Source: Pristiophorus japonicus
Taxonomy: Eukaryota
Length of the DNA stretch: 64,000 bases
Assembly: GCF_044704955.1 (NCBI RefSeq)
Contig: NC_091984.1
Location: 147,250,001-147,314,000 of the forward strand
Reading direction: 5' to 3'
The notes under the pieces are model-generated. The model was not told the origin of the DNA, ran no database searches, and saw only the letters and a program-made list of their open reading frames with translations. The position numbers and the translations under genes are program-made. Shown here in pieces: positions 51,992-62,201 of this stretch; positions within the stretch are counted from its first letter, which is position 1; every line of letters begins with the position of its first letter.

Positions 51992-53259
51992 GAATTGTTT
52001 GATCTCTTATTTCCCAATGAAATACGAACTCCGGTTGTCGTTTTAATGTAACTTTATTCTGGCACCAGCAACAAGCTTCTAGCCAAAATGGCTGTACTTA
52101 TACCTGGTTCAATTTACAGAAAAAAACTCGCCTTCTTTGACCTTATTGGCTCAATTGATAGTCTTTTAACCTTTAATTGGCTCGCTACCCAAGGTCCTAA
52201 AATGTCAAGTTGATTGATGACTTAATGCAACATGCTGAGTTGCACGTAACAGCTTTGACTTGGGGTCTGTGAATTTTCACAAAACTGCAGTCAGGCTGCA
52301 GAGCTTGAATTCTCTATCAGTTACCCTCACAGCTCGAAGGCTGCTTGCTGTGTCTTCGGCTGCCATTGAGTCACTGAGGCCGCCCCTGTCTCCAACATGG
52401 AAGGAAGGCCTGCCTGAAGCACCGCAGCTCGAAGGCTGCTGCTACTTCACACAGGTGGGAATATTCAATATTTTGTATTTGCTTTGTTTATAATTTTTTA
52501 TTCGGGCTGGCTCTTTATTTGTATAAGTAAGACTGTTGAATGCTTGTAGAATTTAATTACTTCCCTCCTTCCCCCCACCATTCCCTAAGCCTGATTTTTC
52601 ACCTACGCCTGATTTCTAAAGTGTAGATAAGGTTGTTCTGAGCAGACAAAAATCTACACTTGCTCCATTCTAAGTTAGTTTGGAGTAAGTTTTCGCTGCC
52701 TAAACTTTCAAAACAGGCGTAAGTGGCCACACATGCCCCCTTTTGGAAAAAAAAATCTGTTCCAAAATGAAACTGTTCCAACTCACTGGAACAGGAGCAA
52801 ATTAAATGCCGAGAATTGCAATTTCTAAGATACTCCATTCTAAACCAGTTGCTCCAAAAAAAAGGAGCAACTCGAGTGGAAAGTTGACCCCTCAGTCTTT
52901 GAGTATATTCAAGACGGAGATCGATAGATTTTTCGATATTAAGGGAATCGAGGGATATGGGGATAGTGCAGGAAAGTGGAGTTGAGGTAGAAGATCAGCC
53001 ATGATCTCATTGAATGGCGGAGCAGGCTCGAGGGGCCGAATGGCCTACACCGGCTCGGGAGGGGCAGAGGGGATGGGAGGGGGAAGGAGGGGCTTGTGAG
53101 GTAGGGGGGCAGGGAGGTGGGGATGGAGTGGGGGCTGAGTTGGGATCGGGAGGCTGAGGGATGTGGTGTGAGGAGGGCGGGAGTGAGGGAGGGAGGCGGG
53201 GGAGTGGCTCGAGGTGGGGGTGGGGAGAATGGCTCGGTGGGGCGAGGGTAGAGACTGAC

Positions 53260-53682
53260 ATCGGCTTCCAGTTCAGCAACGCCTCAATTTAAAAAATTCT
53301 CATCTTTGTTTTCAAATCCCTCCATGACCTCACCCCTCCCTATCTCTGTAATCTCCTCCAGCCCCACAATCCCCCGAGATGTCTATGCTCCTCTAATTCT
53401 GCCCTCCTGAGCATCCCTGATTATAATCGCTCAACCATTGGTGGCCGTGCCTTCTGTTGCCGAGACCCCAAGCTCTGAAACTCTCTCCCTAAACCTCTCT
53501 GCCTCTCTAACTCTATTTCCTCCTTCAAGACAATCCTTAAAACATACCTCTTTGGTCACCGACACTAATTTCTTCTTATGTGACTCGGTGTCAAATTTTG
53601 TATCTCATAATACTCCTGGGAAGTGCCTTGGGACGTTTCACTACGTTAAAGGCGCTATATAAATACAAGTTGTTGTTGTTGA
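53260..53682 (+). mobile_element. L2 LINE 3' end with (TTG)n tail
   Basis: Degenerate LPVQQRLNLKILIFVFKSLH; GGCGCTATATAAATACAAGTTGTTGTTG. Confidence 0.85.
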
Positions 53683-53744
53683 ATTAGGCAAAATCTGGTA
53701 TTCTGGATGTCACTGCTCCTTTTCACGCCCTCTCCAAAGCACGC

Positions 53745-56405
53745 ACAGCAAATGTAACGCCCCTATTTAAAAAAGGAGGCAGACAGAAAGCAGGAAACGA
53801 TAGACCAGTTAGCCTAACATCTGTCGTTGGGAAAATGCTGGAGCCCATTATTAAGGAAGCAGTAGCAGGACATTTGGAAAAGCGTAGTTCAATCAAGCAG
53901 AGTCAGCACGGTTTTATGAAAGGGAAATCATGTTTGACAAATTTTCTGGAATTCTTTGAGGCTGTAACGAGCAGGGTGGATAAAGGGGAACCAGTGGATG
54001 TGGTGTATTTGGATTTCCAGAAGGCATTCGATACGGTGCCACATAAAAGGCACAAGATAAAAGTTCATGGAGTTGGGGGTAATATATTAGCATGGATAGA
54101 GAATTGTCTAACTAACAGAAAACAGGGAGTTGGAATAAATGGGACATTTTCCCGTTGGAAAACGTTAACTCGTGGAGTGCTGCATGGATCGGTGCTGGGG
54201 CCTCATCGATTTACAATCGACATTAATGACTTAGATGAAGGTGCCGAGTGTAATGTAGCCAAGTTTGCTGATGATACAAAGAAGGACGTTGAGCTATCCA
54301 ACAAACACTATCACACATTACACCAAACAAATGAAAAAGTAAGGGAGGAAATTGAGAAAGTGATAGCCCTTCCAAAATGTGATTTGGGATTCAATATTCA
54401 GATTCTCCCCTGGGTTCGAATTGTGTCTCACGCATTAGCCATTGTATAGTTGGTTATAGTAGTGTAACTATTTATTTTATCCTGTAAGTTAAAAGTGAAT
54501 ACAAAGAAAGGGAATCTTGAAGGGTTGTTAAGATGAACCAAAGCCAAAGTGTTTGGATATAAAACTGAAGTCAGATCAAGGCCGAATATTTTTGTTATAA
54601 AAGTGTTGGTTTGTCGGGAAAAAGTACTGCTTTTTTGATGTAAAAAAATTAATTTTTGACTGAGACTGCAATACACCCAAAAAGAGCTCATGAAAAAAGA
54701 AGAATTCCACAAATAATGTCTCTAGTTTTAAATGTACGAAACATTAAAGGAGGGAGTGTAAGATGACGAATCTTCAGAAAGCACAGAAGGAGACGATGAA
54801 CTAAAGATTAATACTAGCTTTTGGAATTTAATACAAGCTTTTGGAATGAAGCTGGATAATTAAGGACATTCTTGGTCAGGAACCAAAACTGACTTCATGC
54901 ATAACAAGAATGGAGTTGTTACGTGAGGCCCTGAACTTGATTGACCAGGGTGGGGAAAACAAGCTCACTGGAGACACCAAACCTGTAAAAAGACTGGACA
55001 ACAAAGGAACCACACTAGGTGCACATTTTTTGAGACGAGGTGTTAAGATGAGAAATCAACTTGAGCCTTGCAGACTCAGTGTGCAACTGGGAAAACAGAT
55101 GTGTCCATTATTGCAGTCAATCACCCAAGGGGACCACAATCAAATGTATCTATGTAAGCACTTTATCAGAAACTGCAGTGGCAGGAGATCAGTCATAACC
55201 TGGATATAAATATGCGAGCTAGAAGTAGCTCTGCAGAATACGGATGAAGGAAAGGAACAGACGGAAGAAGAAGCACACGTGTACAGATGGACACAGGTCG
55301 AAAGAATGAACAGACAAACGGACGGAAGGATGTGGTGTAAACGGAGGGAACAGCACTGCAGAGAATGACCAGAAGCACAACCAACCGGGCACAGAACCAA
55401 TGACCACAAACTTACAATAGATACAGCCAGGGAGGGTGATTGTATGTCTTCAGTCAATTTCTAAGAATCAGAGTAGATTGAAAAACAATCACCCTATAAT
55501 ACAAAGATGGGTGGGAAAGCAAATTGTGAGGAGGACACAAATAGTCTGTAAAGGGATATAGACCAGCTAAGTGAATGGGCAAAAATTTGGCAGATAGAGT
55601 ATAATGTGGGAAAATGTGAGGCTTTGCACTTTGGCAGAAAGAATAGAAAAGAAAATTCATTTTCAAATGGAGAAAGATTGCAACCTGCTGCAGTACAGAG
55701 GGACCTTGTGCATGAAACACAAAAAGTTAATATGTGGGTAAAGCAATAATCAGGAAGGCAAATTGTATGTTGGCCTTTATTGCAAGGGGGATAGAGTATA
55801 AAAGCAGAGAAATCCTGCTACAACTGTACAGGGTATTGGTGAGGCCACACCTGGAGTACTGCGTACAGTTTTGGTCACCATACTTAAGAAAGGATAGACC
55901 TGCATTGGAGGCAGTTCAGAGAAGGTTCACTAGGTTGATTCTGGAGATGAGGGGGTTGACTTATGAGGATAGGTTGAGTAGGTTAGGCCAATAATCATTG
56001 GAGTACAGAAGAACGAGAGGTGATTTTATCGAAACATATCAGATAATGAGGGGGCGACAAGGTGGATGCAGTGAGGATATTTACACTCATAAGGGAAACT
56101 AGTACTAGGGGTCATAGTCTCAGAATAAGGGGCCGCCCATTTAAAACTCAGTTGAGGAGGAATTTCTTCTCTCAGAGGCTTGTAAATCTGTGGAATTCTC
56201 TGCCCCAGAGAGCTGTGGAGGCTGGGTGATTGAATATATTTAAGGTCGAGATAAATTTTTGAGTGATAAGGAAATAAAGGGTTATGGGGAGCGGGCAGGG
56301 AAGTGGAGCTGAGTCCATGATCAGATCAGCCATGATCTTATTAAATCACGGAGCAGGCTCGAGGGGCCAGGTGGCCTACTCCTGCTCCAATTTCTTATGT
56401 TCTTA
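53745..56405 (+). mobile_element. CR1 LINE 3' half interrupted at KFADDTK by a retroviral insert
   Basis: The RT reads through as FADDTK|MGGK across 54282/55508; TTCTTATGTTCTTA tail. Confidence 0.9.
54283..55498 (+). mobile_element. Second F-type-env retroviral remnant: env tail, PPT and LTR (54757-55498), flanked by a 9-bp duplication
   Basis: HTLHQTNEKVREEIEKV...NIQILPWVRIVSHALAIV*LVIV aligns without gaps to the env tail at 30.8-31.0 kb; PPT AAAGGAGGGAG then TGTAAG; ATACAAAGA at 54274-54282 and 55499-55507. Confidence 0.78.
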
Positions 56406-56723
56406 ACCCTTAATTCCCTTACCCAACAGGGCGCTGATGATGCCGGAGAACCAGCCTGAGCCTCAGATTCTAAACTGCCCACTGCAACACTGGACTGAGA
56501 CGCAGAGGGAGCAGAGTGTGTGCAAAGTGGTGACTGGCTGGTCCCCTGGTCCCCTGAGACCACTCCAGTCCGCGACCTCCCGCCCCCAGTCCTCCACAAC
56601 CCTGGTCTCCCCGGGTGCCCTGTCCTTCCAGGGGCCCTCCCGATTGCGTCGGTCCCCCAGTTCCACACAAGTTCAGGCCTCGATCACCCCCACCCCCATC
56701 CCCTACCGACCCTCCAGCACTCT

Positions 56724-56882
56724 NNNNNNNNNNNNNNNNNNNNNNNNNNNNNNNNNNNNNNNNNNNNNNNNNNNNNNNNNNNNNNNNNNNNNNNNNNNNN
56801 NNNNNNNNNNNNNNNNNNNNNNNNNNNNNNNNNNNNNNNNNNNNNNNNNNNNNNNNNNNNNNNNNNNNNNNNNNNNNNNNNN
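56724..56882. other. Assembly gap (N run)
   Basis: Run of N bases. Confidence 1.
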
Positions 56883-57062
56883 ACAGTCACACACACACAC
56901 CTGCAGGCGGTTCTGGGTAACAGTCGCACATACTCACACACAAACACACCGACAGGCGGTGCTGGGTAACAATCACACACACACAAACACACCGACAGGC
57001 GGTGCTGGGTAACAATCACACACACACACACACCTACAGGCGGTGCTGGGTAAGCCACACTT
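56883..57062. repeat. About 45-bp CA-rich tandem repeat (CAGGCGGTGCTGGGTAACAATCACACAC...) next to the gap
   Basis: Four copies visible. Confidence 0.8.
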
Positions 57063-57556
57063 ACACTCAGGGACATGTACACGGTGATACAGTGACTGCT
57101 CCTCTCCCTAAACTGAGGCCTCACTCGGTACAGTTTTGTGCTGCTGCCATGAGCCACACGTTAAGGAGAGAGAATGCAACGTTGTGACTGTGGCCTCCTG
57201 CCCCCAGATTGCCCCCAGCAGTCAGCAGAGTGCACAGTGCGATCCCACCATCGGGGGCTGCTCAACACCCCCAGTGTGCAGAGTGAGAACCAATGCTCAG
57301 ACTGGGAGGGTTTAATCCCAGCAGCTTTTTGTGTCTCTGTGTTTAATCTTGTGCACTCCAGGGATTCGAGGTGAAATTGATCATTTTAAAATGATTGATA
57401 ATTGGCTTTGAAGCAAATCTCCTGCTGACTTGCCATTGATTGACAGCCCACCCAGCCAATCAGGACAGACACTTACTGAAATGCAGCCAATCCAGCTGAG
57501 GGGGAGGTGGGACATTTCCAAAGCACTCGCCAGACACAGACTGAATATTCTTCACG

Positions 57557-57657
57557 TTTATTGCCTTTTACAGATTCACATTTACAGAAACAAGAATTGA
57601 ATAAACAGCCCAGCGAGAGCGAGCTGGAGACATTCACAGGGAGAATGCAGCTTTATT
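57557..57657 (-). terminator. Candidate polyadenylation signals of the Ig light-chain transcript
   Basis: AATAAA on the minus strand at 57657-57652 and 57562-57557, the latter followed by GT-rich sequence. Confidence 0.55.
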
Positions 57658-58087
57658 AAAACAGTTATGGGGATTTTCTCCACACCATGAGAATCCTGTC
57701 CCTTTAAACGGGGACAAAACATTGAATTGTAACAGCAGGGTGAGCAGGGAGGAGGTCTGCTTACTGAAGCGGCACTTCACAGTTTAACATTAGTTTTACT
57801 CTGCTGACAGTCTTCAGCATCTATGAGAGGTTTGACTTGGCAGCACAAATCAACACGGTCCCATCAAACCCTCCCAGGGCAGGTACAGCACGGGTTAGAT
57901 ACAGAGTTCAGCTCCCTCGACACTGCCCTAATAACGTGCCTTACCCCCTGACCCTCAGATGATTTCCCTGACCCAGTCCCGAGAAGGAAGAGAGTAGAAA
58001 TGCAGTGCTGACAATGACCTTTGCCCTCCCGCCTCACCCCCTGTTCTATTTAAAGTTGCGTCTCCCCCGCGGACTGTCCCTGACACA

Positions 58088-58415
58088 CTACGCACATTCT
58101 GCTCTCCTGACTCCCTTGCTGAGGGGAGAGGAGAGGCTCTCGTGGGTGAGGCTGCAGGAGAAGCTGGCATTGGACTCCCAGTCGGAGTCAGAGAGGGTCA
58201 GCAGGCTGCTGACACTGTAGGTGTTGTCCGAAGCTCGCAGGTAGTCGCTGGTCTGGACCCCGGCTGAAATGGTCGCTCCGTCCTTCTTCCACTCCACCTC
58301 CACCGCATCGGGGTAGAAGTGATCGGCGAGGCACACCAGGGTGGCAGTGCCCTTGGTCGTGACCTCCTCCGGGAGGGGGGCAGCAGGGTCAGTGTGTGTG
58401 GTGTCTTCCCTCGGC
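58088..58415 (-). CDS. IGKC: Immunoglobulin light-chain constant exon, kappa/type III (NS4-like); 1-nt deletion near the 5' end (pseudogene or assembly error)
   Basis: Acceptor CCTTCTCCTCCCTTTCAG; C1-set domain TLTLLPPS/EEVTTKGTATLVCLADHFYPDAVEVEWKKDG...TYSVSSLLTL...FSCSLTHESLSSPLSKGVRRAECA* with a penultimate Cys; closely resembles the recalled nurse shark type III C sequence. Confidence 0.9.
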
Positions 58416-58814
58416 CTGAAAGGGAGGAGAAGGATGTTTAATAGGTGTATATTAGTATCTGTGTGTGTGTGTGTCACTGTGGGTGTTTCCGTGAGAGTGC
58501 GCTTAAGTGCGTGTGCGAGTGCATGTTAGTGGGTGGGGGGTGGGTATGGGTGTGTGGGTCGGGGAGGTGGGGTGTGGTTGTTGGGGGATGGGGTGGGGGT
58601 AGGTGGGGTGGGTGCAGACGGGCGTCTCTGTGTGGGTCTGTGTCACTGTGGGTGTTTCAGTGTGGGGATAATTCACATCTGATAACAGAGAGTTGAGTTA
58701 ATGAACTCCTGGCTGGCGATTAACCATTAGAGGCGAGCAACACTAATTCTTAATCTTCTTTGCCTCGTTTGGTAAGTTTAATATAAATATAAATCCGTTC
58801 GATGTTAAGGTGAT

Positions 58815-59262
58815 CACAAAAAAAAATTTTGCATTTATATTACACCTTTCACAACCTCCGGACATCTCAAAGTACTTTGCAGCCAATGAAGTACTTTTGG
58901 AGTGTCGTCACTGTTGTAATGTGGGAAACACGGCTGCCAATCTGTGCACAGCAAGCTCCCACAAACAGCGATGTGATAACAACCTGATAATCTGTTTTTT
59001 TGTCATGTTGGTTGAGGGATAAATATTGGCCAGGATACCGGGGAGAACTCCCCTGCTCTTCTTCAATATAGTGGCATGGGATCTTTTACATCCACCTGAG
59101 AGGGCAGACAGGGCCTCGGTTTTACGTTTCACCTGAAAGACGACACCTCTGACAGTCTGCACTGGAGTACCAGCCTAGATTTTTGTGCTCAAATCCCTGG
59201 AGTTGGACTTGAACCCACAATCTTCTGACTCAGAGGCGAGAGTGCAACACACTGAGCCACGG
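58815..59262 (-). mobile_element. tRNA-derived shark SINE in the presumed J-C intron
   Basis: Reverse complement of the SINE at 9997: GGACTTGAACCCAC and GGGAGAACTCCCCTGCTCTTCTTC. Confidence 0.85.
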
Positions 59263-59739
59263 CTGATACTCAAAATCATATTGGACTGTTGTATAAACAT
59301 CTGCAGTGCAGGGTTGGCACACATTCAGCACTGAAATGGTTAACAGTAAGAGTCGGTAAAGACTGAGTGTCCCGTTAAGAAGCTGTTCACTGGCAGGAAG
59401 CTCGAACTGTAGATGGGTGGATACAGGGGAAACAGGCTCAGCAGTGAAAAAGCTCAGATCACACACAGATCGGGAGAACTTTATCCGGGAACATTGCGGC
59501 ACACTTGTATAAACACACTTCAGCAAGGCTTCATGTTGGGTGTCGGTGTAGAAGCTTCTAGATTGCTATTCAAAGCTTGCTGCCCAGCACCGGGGTGAGG
59601 TCAAGGATGAGGATACAATTAGCCTCAGTGTACCGGGGTCAGACAGGGTCACTGCTCCCAATGATCCCGTGACCTCCTGGAAGGTCAGGGTGCGCGGACA
59701 ATGGGTGAAGGTCAGGATCAGGACCCTCCCATTTCAATG

Positions 59740-60582
59740 AAAGAAAGCCTTGAATTTATATAGCGCCTTTCACAACCTCAGGACGTCCCAAGGTGCTTTA
59801 CAACCAATTGCACACAGGCAGTTCTGGTCACCACATTACAGGAAATGTGTGATTGCACCACAGAGGATACAGAGGAAATTTACAAGAATGTTCCCAGGAC
59901 TGGAAATTTTTAGCTATGAGGAAAGATTGGATTGGCTGAGGTTATTTTGTTTGGAGCAGAGGAGGCTGAGGGGAGATTTAATTGAGGTGTATAACATTAT
60001 GAGGGGCCTAGATAGAGTGGTTAAGATGGATCTATTTCTCTTAAGAGAGAGGTCAACAACCAGGTGATATAGATTTAATGTGTGGGTCGAGGGAAATTGA
60101 GGAGAAATATTTTCCCCCAGAGGATGGTGGGGTCTGGAACTCATTGCCTGAAAGGGAGGTCGAGGCAGAAACCCTCACCACATTGAAGAAGTACTTGGAT
60201 GTGCACTTCAAGTGCCGTAACCCACAGGAACATGGACCAAGAGCTGGAAAGTGGGATTCGGCTGGGTAGTTCTTTGTTGGCTGTCACGGACACGATGGGC
60301 CGAATGGTGTCAGCAAGTGGCTCAGTTGGTAGCACCCTCGCTTCGGAGTCAGAAATTGTGGGTAAAAATCCCACTTGGCCAATCAACAGAACAGAACAAA
60401 AACAGGTTATTTGGTCATCAGCACATTGCTGTTTTTGGGAGCTTGCTGTGCACAAATTTACTGCTGCATTTCCTACATTACAAAAGTGAGTACACTTCAA
60501 AAAGGACTTCATTGGCTGTAAAGCACAATGCGATGTCTGGTGGTCGTGAAAGGCGCGATATAAATACAATTCTTTCTTTTCT
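59740..60582 (+). mobile_element. CR1 3' fragment (59815-60305) flanked by SINE fragments
   Basis: QRKFTRMFPGL...SYEERL...LEQRRLRGDLIEVY; SINE core and tail at 60310-60580. Confidence 0.75.
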
Positions 60583-60879
60583 CAGAGCCGAGCGTGCTGG
60601 TGACTGAGTCATGGCTCACAAGTCACGGTCGATCAGCCTGATACGCTCAGTCTCTGGGCTCACACTGAGACAGTGAGCCCACTTGGGGAGCTCAGTCTCT
60701 GGGCTCACACTAGGACAGTGAGCCCACTTGAGGGTGAGCACTGCTGGCTGGGTTTGTGTCCAGGATCAGGAGAAGGGAGCACATTACCAGCCGCTGGTCA
60801 AAGTTGTCAGATTTTATTCTCAAACTGGGGGCCGTGACGAAAGACTGGGGACTACAGCGCTTCAGACAGCATGTTAGAA

Positions 60880-61560
60880 GGGGATTTGTTGTGGGTTAAC
60901 TGGTCCAAGTAGCAGCGGTCTGTGTTTACAATCCACCAGGTGAAGAGCTCACATGGTCAACAGATTTTGCCTCGCTCACAAAGGCAGGTTTTTCTCATCG
61001 GCGACTTCAACAGTGCAACACCATGTGGGGAAAGTGCAGCAATGACCACAAGGGGGAGAAGGTGATCAGTAAGCAGCAACAACACAACCTTCCCTTGATA
61101 TATTAACCCAGGATCAAATGGACCATCCAAAGTACACCATGCGACCAGAGTCACAATCCCCAGCTCGCTTTGACACCTCTGACAATGCAGCAAACTTCAG
61201 AGCGAGGTAATGTCAGTGATCCCTTGTTCACAGCATAGACCATTGCAAGTGACTATAGAGGATGTGGTTCCACACAGGACAGGAAGCTACATACCGAGGC
61301 TCATACACAACGATTGCGGTCAATGACTGCAAACGTCTTACCTGTGAATTGGAACCATCTGTAATCTTACTGTGACCCATGATCACTGTGGAGAATTGAT
61401 CGCCCTGGTATGGAGGGCTGTCCAAGAGTACATTGCAGGGAGTATGGACACCATATGTACCCGGGCTTCCAAATCAATCCACATTCGAAGCGCTATTCAG
61501 GACTGTTTGACTAAGATGCCTTTGATGTGTGGGATAGTTGGTCAGATAACCGGTTATCAG
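60880..61560 (+). mobile_element. Ancient non-LTR retrotransposon APE endonuclease fragment (possibly Ingi/I-clade)
   Basis: Degenerate VYNPP, LIGDFNS, IPCSQHRP and YVPGL motifs across frames. Confidence 0.5.
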
Positions 61561-61934
61561 CTTGTCATGGGTTAATGTGTATTGAGGGGGAGAGACAGAC
61601 AGAGAGAGAGAGAAAGCCAGAGATTGATAGTTAAAGAGAGGGAAGGAGACAGAAAAGATAAATACGACCTCTTTCACCCATCTTTTGGTCACCTGCCCTG
61701 ACATCTCCTTCTGTGGTTCGTGTCAAATTTATCTGTTTTGTCTTATAACACTGCTGTGAAGGGCCTTGGGGTGTTTTACTGCGTTACAGGCACTATATAA
61801 ATACAAGTTGTTGTTGAGATAGAGAAAGCGAGACATACGGAATGAGAGAGTTGGAGAGAGGAAAGGACAGAGAGATAATTAGAGATGTATAGAGAGAGGA
61901 AGGGACAGAGACAAATAGAGAGAGACTAGGTTAA

Positions 61935-61949
61935 AGATAGATAGATAGG

Positions 61950-61999
<50 letters not shown>

Positions 62000-62050
62000 T
62001 AATGATTGATCGATAGATAGCTAGATAGATAGATATATATAGATTGATAC
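61935..62050. repeat. (GATA)n microsatellite
   Basis: Read directly from the sequence. Confidence 0.95.
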
Positions 62051-62201
62051 AGAAATCTCTGTGCAGAGCAAAGAGCCTGAGCACAGTCAGAGAACTGCGA
62101 TGGAATAAGTCACTGTATTCCTGTAGAACTGAGGTTACACAGTAGAATTTTAGAAGCAAATTATATCAGGTGATCTTAGGAGAATATAAATTGTGTCTAT
62201 T

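Larger units (their letters stand above)
45080..52319 (-). mobile_element. Full-length decayed endogenous retrovirus (LTR-gag-pro-pol-env-LTR)
   Basis: 3' LTR 45080-45440 and 5' LTR 51996-52319 (TG...CA); 5-bp TSD GTTAC at 45075-45079 and 52320-52324; PBS at 51974-51991; PPT at 45441-45460. Confidence 0.96.
40780..52891. mobile_element. Complete PIF/Harbinger transposon (about 4.9 kb plus the nested ERV) inserted in a CR1 3' end
   Basis: TIRs GGGGTCAAGTTTC and GAAAGTTGACCCC; 3-bp TSD TCA at 40777-40779 and 52892-52894; flanks rejoin as CR1 QRAVESQSLSIFKTEIDRF; convergent Myb and transposase genes. Confidence 0.95.

Noticed and set aside
53835-54449. 204-aa ORF as a novel RT-membrane fusion protein
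   Set aside because: It is a chance in-frame junction between a decayed CR1 RT and the env insert, and stops interrupt the TM helix.
56437-57157. ORFs spanning 56.4-57.2 kb
   Set aside because: They are artefacts of the N gap and simple repeats.
57445-57520. Kappa 3' enhancer (CCAAT boxes and an NF-kB-like GGGACATTTCC)
   Set aside because: The motif does not fit GGGRNNYYCC exactly, and short motifs alone are insufficient support.
58470-61395. CACTGTG heptamers (about 58475, 58644, 61384) as RSS of a J segment
   Set aside because: No correctly spaced nonamer and no FGxGT coding motif were found.
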